64,000 nucleotides of DNA. Origin: Selaginella moellendorffii (taxonomy: Eukaryota; Plantae; Lycopodiophyta). The DNA is taken from positions 124,001 through 188,000 of the forward strand of contig NW_003314350.1 in NCBI RefSeq assembly GCF_000143415.4, given 5' to 3'. The notes beneath the pieces are model-generated. The model was given only the letters and a program-made list of their open reading frames with translations. It had not been told where the DNA came from and did no database searches. A program made the translations under genes and the position numbers. This document shows positions 62,243 through 64,000 of the stretch, one piece after another; position 1 is the first letter of the stretch; each line of letters begins with the position of its first letter.

Positions 62243-64000
62243 ATGGAGAGGAGGGATTCCAGGCTCGTCTACCAGGCGCTTGTGGACGAGGGCGTCAAGC
62301 CGAGCATTGGCGTTCTTCTCGCAGCGATCAAGGTATGTAAGAATTCACGGGATTTACAAACCGGTAGGAGGATTCACGGGGATGTGATCAACAACAGGGA
62401 ATTCTCGTCTCACCGCTTCGTGGCAAGCGCATTGGTGGACATGTATGCGAAATGCGGCCGACTGGGGGATGCCAGGAGGGTGTTCGAGAGCATGAGCTCT
62501 CACGACTTGGTGTCGTGGAATTGCATGATCCAAGGCTATGCTCAGAGAGGGGAGATGGATTTAGCACTGGAACTCTACGATCGGATGCAAAGACAGGGCT
62601 GCGATCCAAACCGAGGGACGCTGCTCGCTGCTCTCAAGGCATCCGTGAGCCTGGCTGAGAGAGAAGAAGAAGAAGTAGAAGAAGAAAGCTCGAAAGTTTC
62701 TAGACGAACGAAGCGTGGACAGTGCTTGGAAAGAGGCCGAGAGATACACTCTCACGCTGTGAAGACTGGCAACGAGCTCGATCCTTTCGTGGCCAACACT
62801 TTGGTGGCCATGTATGCAAAGTGTGGAAGCATGGAAGAGGCTCACGAGATTTTCGACAAGATGAGGCAGCGGGACGTGGTGTCCTGGAACTGCTTGGTGA
62901 TGGGATACGCGAAGAACGAGCAAGGCGAGATGGCTCTGGAACTCTTCTCGCGGATGGAAGAACAAGGCTGCCAAGCAAACGCTGTGACTTTTCTCGGTGC
63001 TCTCAAGGCTTGCGTGAGCTTGGCTGAGAAAGAGCAAGGCACGCTCGTCCAGGGAAGGGTGATAAAGTGCGAGTGCCTTGAGCGAGGGAGAAGGATCCAC
63101 TCCCGAGCTGCAGAAACTTTGGGACCGGATCTCTTCGTGGCGAATGCTCTTATCGATTTCTACTCGAGGTGTGGAAGCTTAGACGAAGCACGCAGTGTTT
63201 TCGAGATCTTGGACAGGCGCCGAGACGTGGTCTCATGGAATTCCATCATCCAGGGGTGTGCTCAATCTGGAGAGGGAGATCTGGCTCTAAGTTTCTATCG
63301 AGCTATGAAAGGTGACGGCTTCCAGCCGAACAGGGTGACGGTTCTTGCCGCGTTGAAAGCTTGTGTGAGCTCGGCTGAAAAAGAAGAAGATGGAGATCCG
63401 GAGAGCAGAGTTTCATCGGCAAAGTTAGCTCGAATCCAAAAGCGTTTGGAGCAAGGCCGAGAGATTCACTTCGAAGCAGCCAAGCTTGGACTGGACTCCG
63501 ACGTTTTTGTGGCCAGCGCGCTCGTCGACATGTATGCCAAGTTCGGGAGCTTGCCGGAAGCTCGCAAAATTTTTGAGAGTATGAAGAAGCGGAGCGTAGT
63601 TCCCTGGACCGCCATTATCATGGCCTATGCTCAAAACGGCGATGGAGAGATGGCTTTGCGACTCTACTCACGCATGGAAGACGAAGGCTGTGCTCCAAAC
63701 CGGGTCACCGTTCTCGCTGCTCTCAAGGCTTGCGTGACTCTGTCGGAGAAAGAGCCCGCCATGAAAGAGCTCTCGCTGGGAAAAGGAAAAGCTATACACC
63801 GGCAGGCCGTGGAAATGGGAGTGGACTCGGAGCTCTTCGTCGCCAACGCTCTCATCGACATGTACTCGAGGTGTGGCAGCATGGCGGACGCGTCTCAAGT
63901 TTTCCATGGCATGAAGGCTCGAGATATCGTCTCCTGGAACTCCATCATCCAAGGATTTGCACAGCGGGAAGGAGGAGATCCAGAGACGGCCTTGAAACTC
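62243..64000 (+). CDS. PLS-class PPR protein (runs off the window)
   Basis: Repeated FVA..LVDMY.KCG...A..VF..M...DVVSWN..I.GYA triplets. Confidence 0.92.
   Translation, partial: MERRDSRLVYQALVDEGVKPSIGVLLAAIKVCKNSRDLQTGRRIHGDVINNREFSSHRFVASALVDMYAKCGRLGDARRVFESMSSHDLVSWNCMIQGYAQRGEMDLALELYDRMQRQGCDPNRGTLLAALKASVSLAEREEEEVEEESSKVSRRTKRGQCLERGREIHSHAVKTGNELDPFVANTLVAMYAKCGSMEEAHEIFDKMRQRDVVSWNCLVMGYAKNEQGEMALELFSRMEEQGCQANAVTFLGALKACVSLAEKEQGTLVQGRVIKCECLERGRRIHSRAAETLGPDLFVANALIDFYSRCGSLDEARSVFEILDRRRDVVSWNSIIQGCAQSGEGDLALSFYRAMKGDGFQPNRVTVLAALKACVSSAEKEEDGDPESRVSSAKLARIQKRLEQGREIHFEAAKLGLDSDVFVASALVDMYAKFGSLPEARKIFESMKKRSVVPWTAIIMAYAQNGDGEMALRLYSRMEDEGCAPNRVTVLAALKACVTLSEKEPAMKELSLGKGKAIHRQAVEMGVDSELFVANALIDMYSRCGSMADASQVFHGMKARDIVSWNSIIQGFAQREGGDPETALKL

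Overview
Eukaryotic plant DNA. Very short introns, dense genes and PLS-class PPR genes suggest a lycophyte such as Selaginella (inference). 1-13.4 kb holds a decayed chromovirus-type Ty3/gypsy element with its 3' LTR, an orphan secreted-protein gene and a probable LINE relic. 14-43 kb is a compact gene block: RGG RNA-binding protein, germin, coiled-coil protein, PPR, SRPK, catechol O-methyltransferase, SCAB, FKBP62/ROF1, a small membrane protein, an OCA6/Siw14-like protein and a PHD protein, plus several pseudogenes. 43.0-61.3 kb is a young gypsy LTR element (174-bp LTRs, apparent -1 frameshift pseudoknot). A 13.2-kb TIR DNA transposon is nested in its integrase. That transposon carries a Sola-like DDD transposase and a divergent multi-exon cargo gene (ParB-like, degenerate DNA-methyltransferase-like and FCP1-type HAD domains). 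It is also studded with about 24 copies of a 22-bp palindrome, ATGGCRTG-N6-CAYGCCAT, concentrated in its introns and promoter. This protein-plus-palindrome arrangement is the best candidate for an undescribed system. The window ends in a PPR gene. All family assignments come from motif recognition by eye, not database searches.
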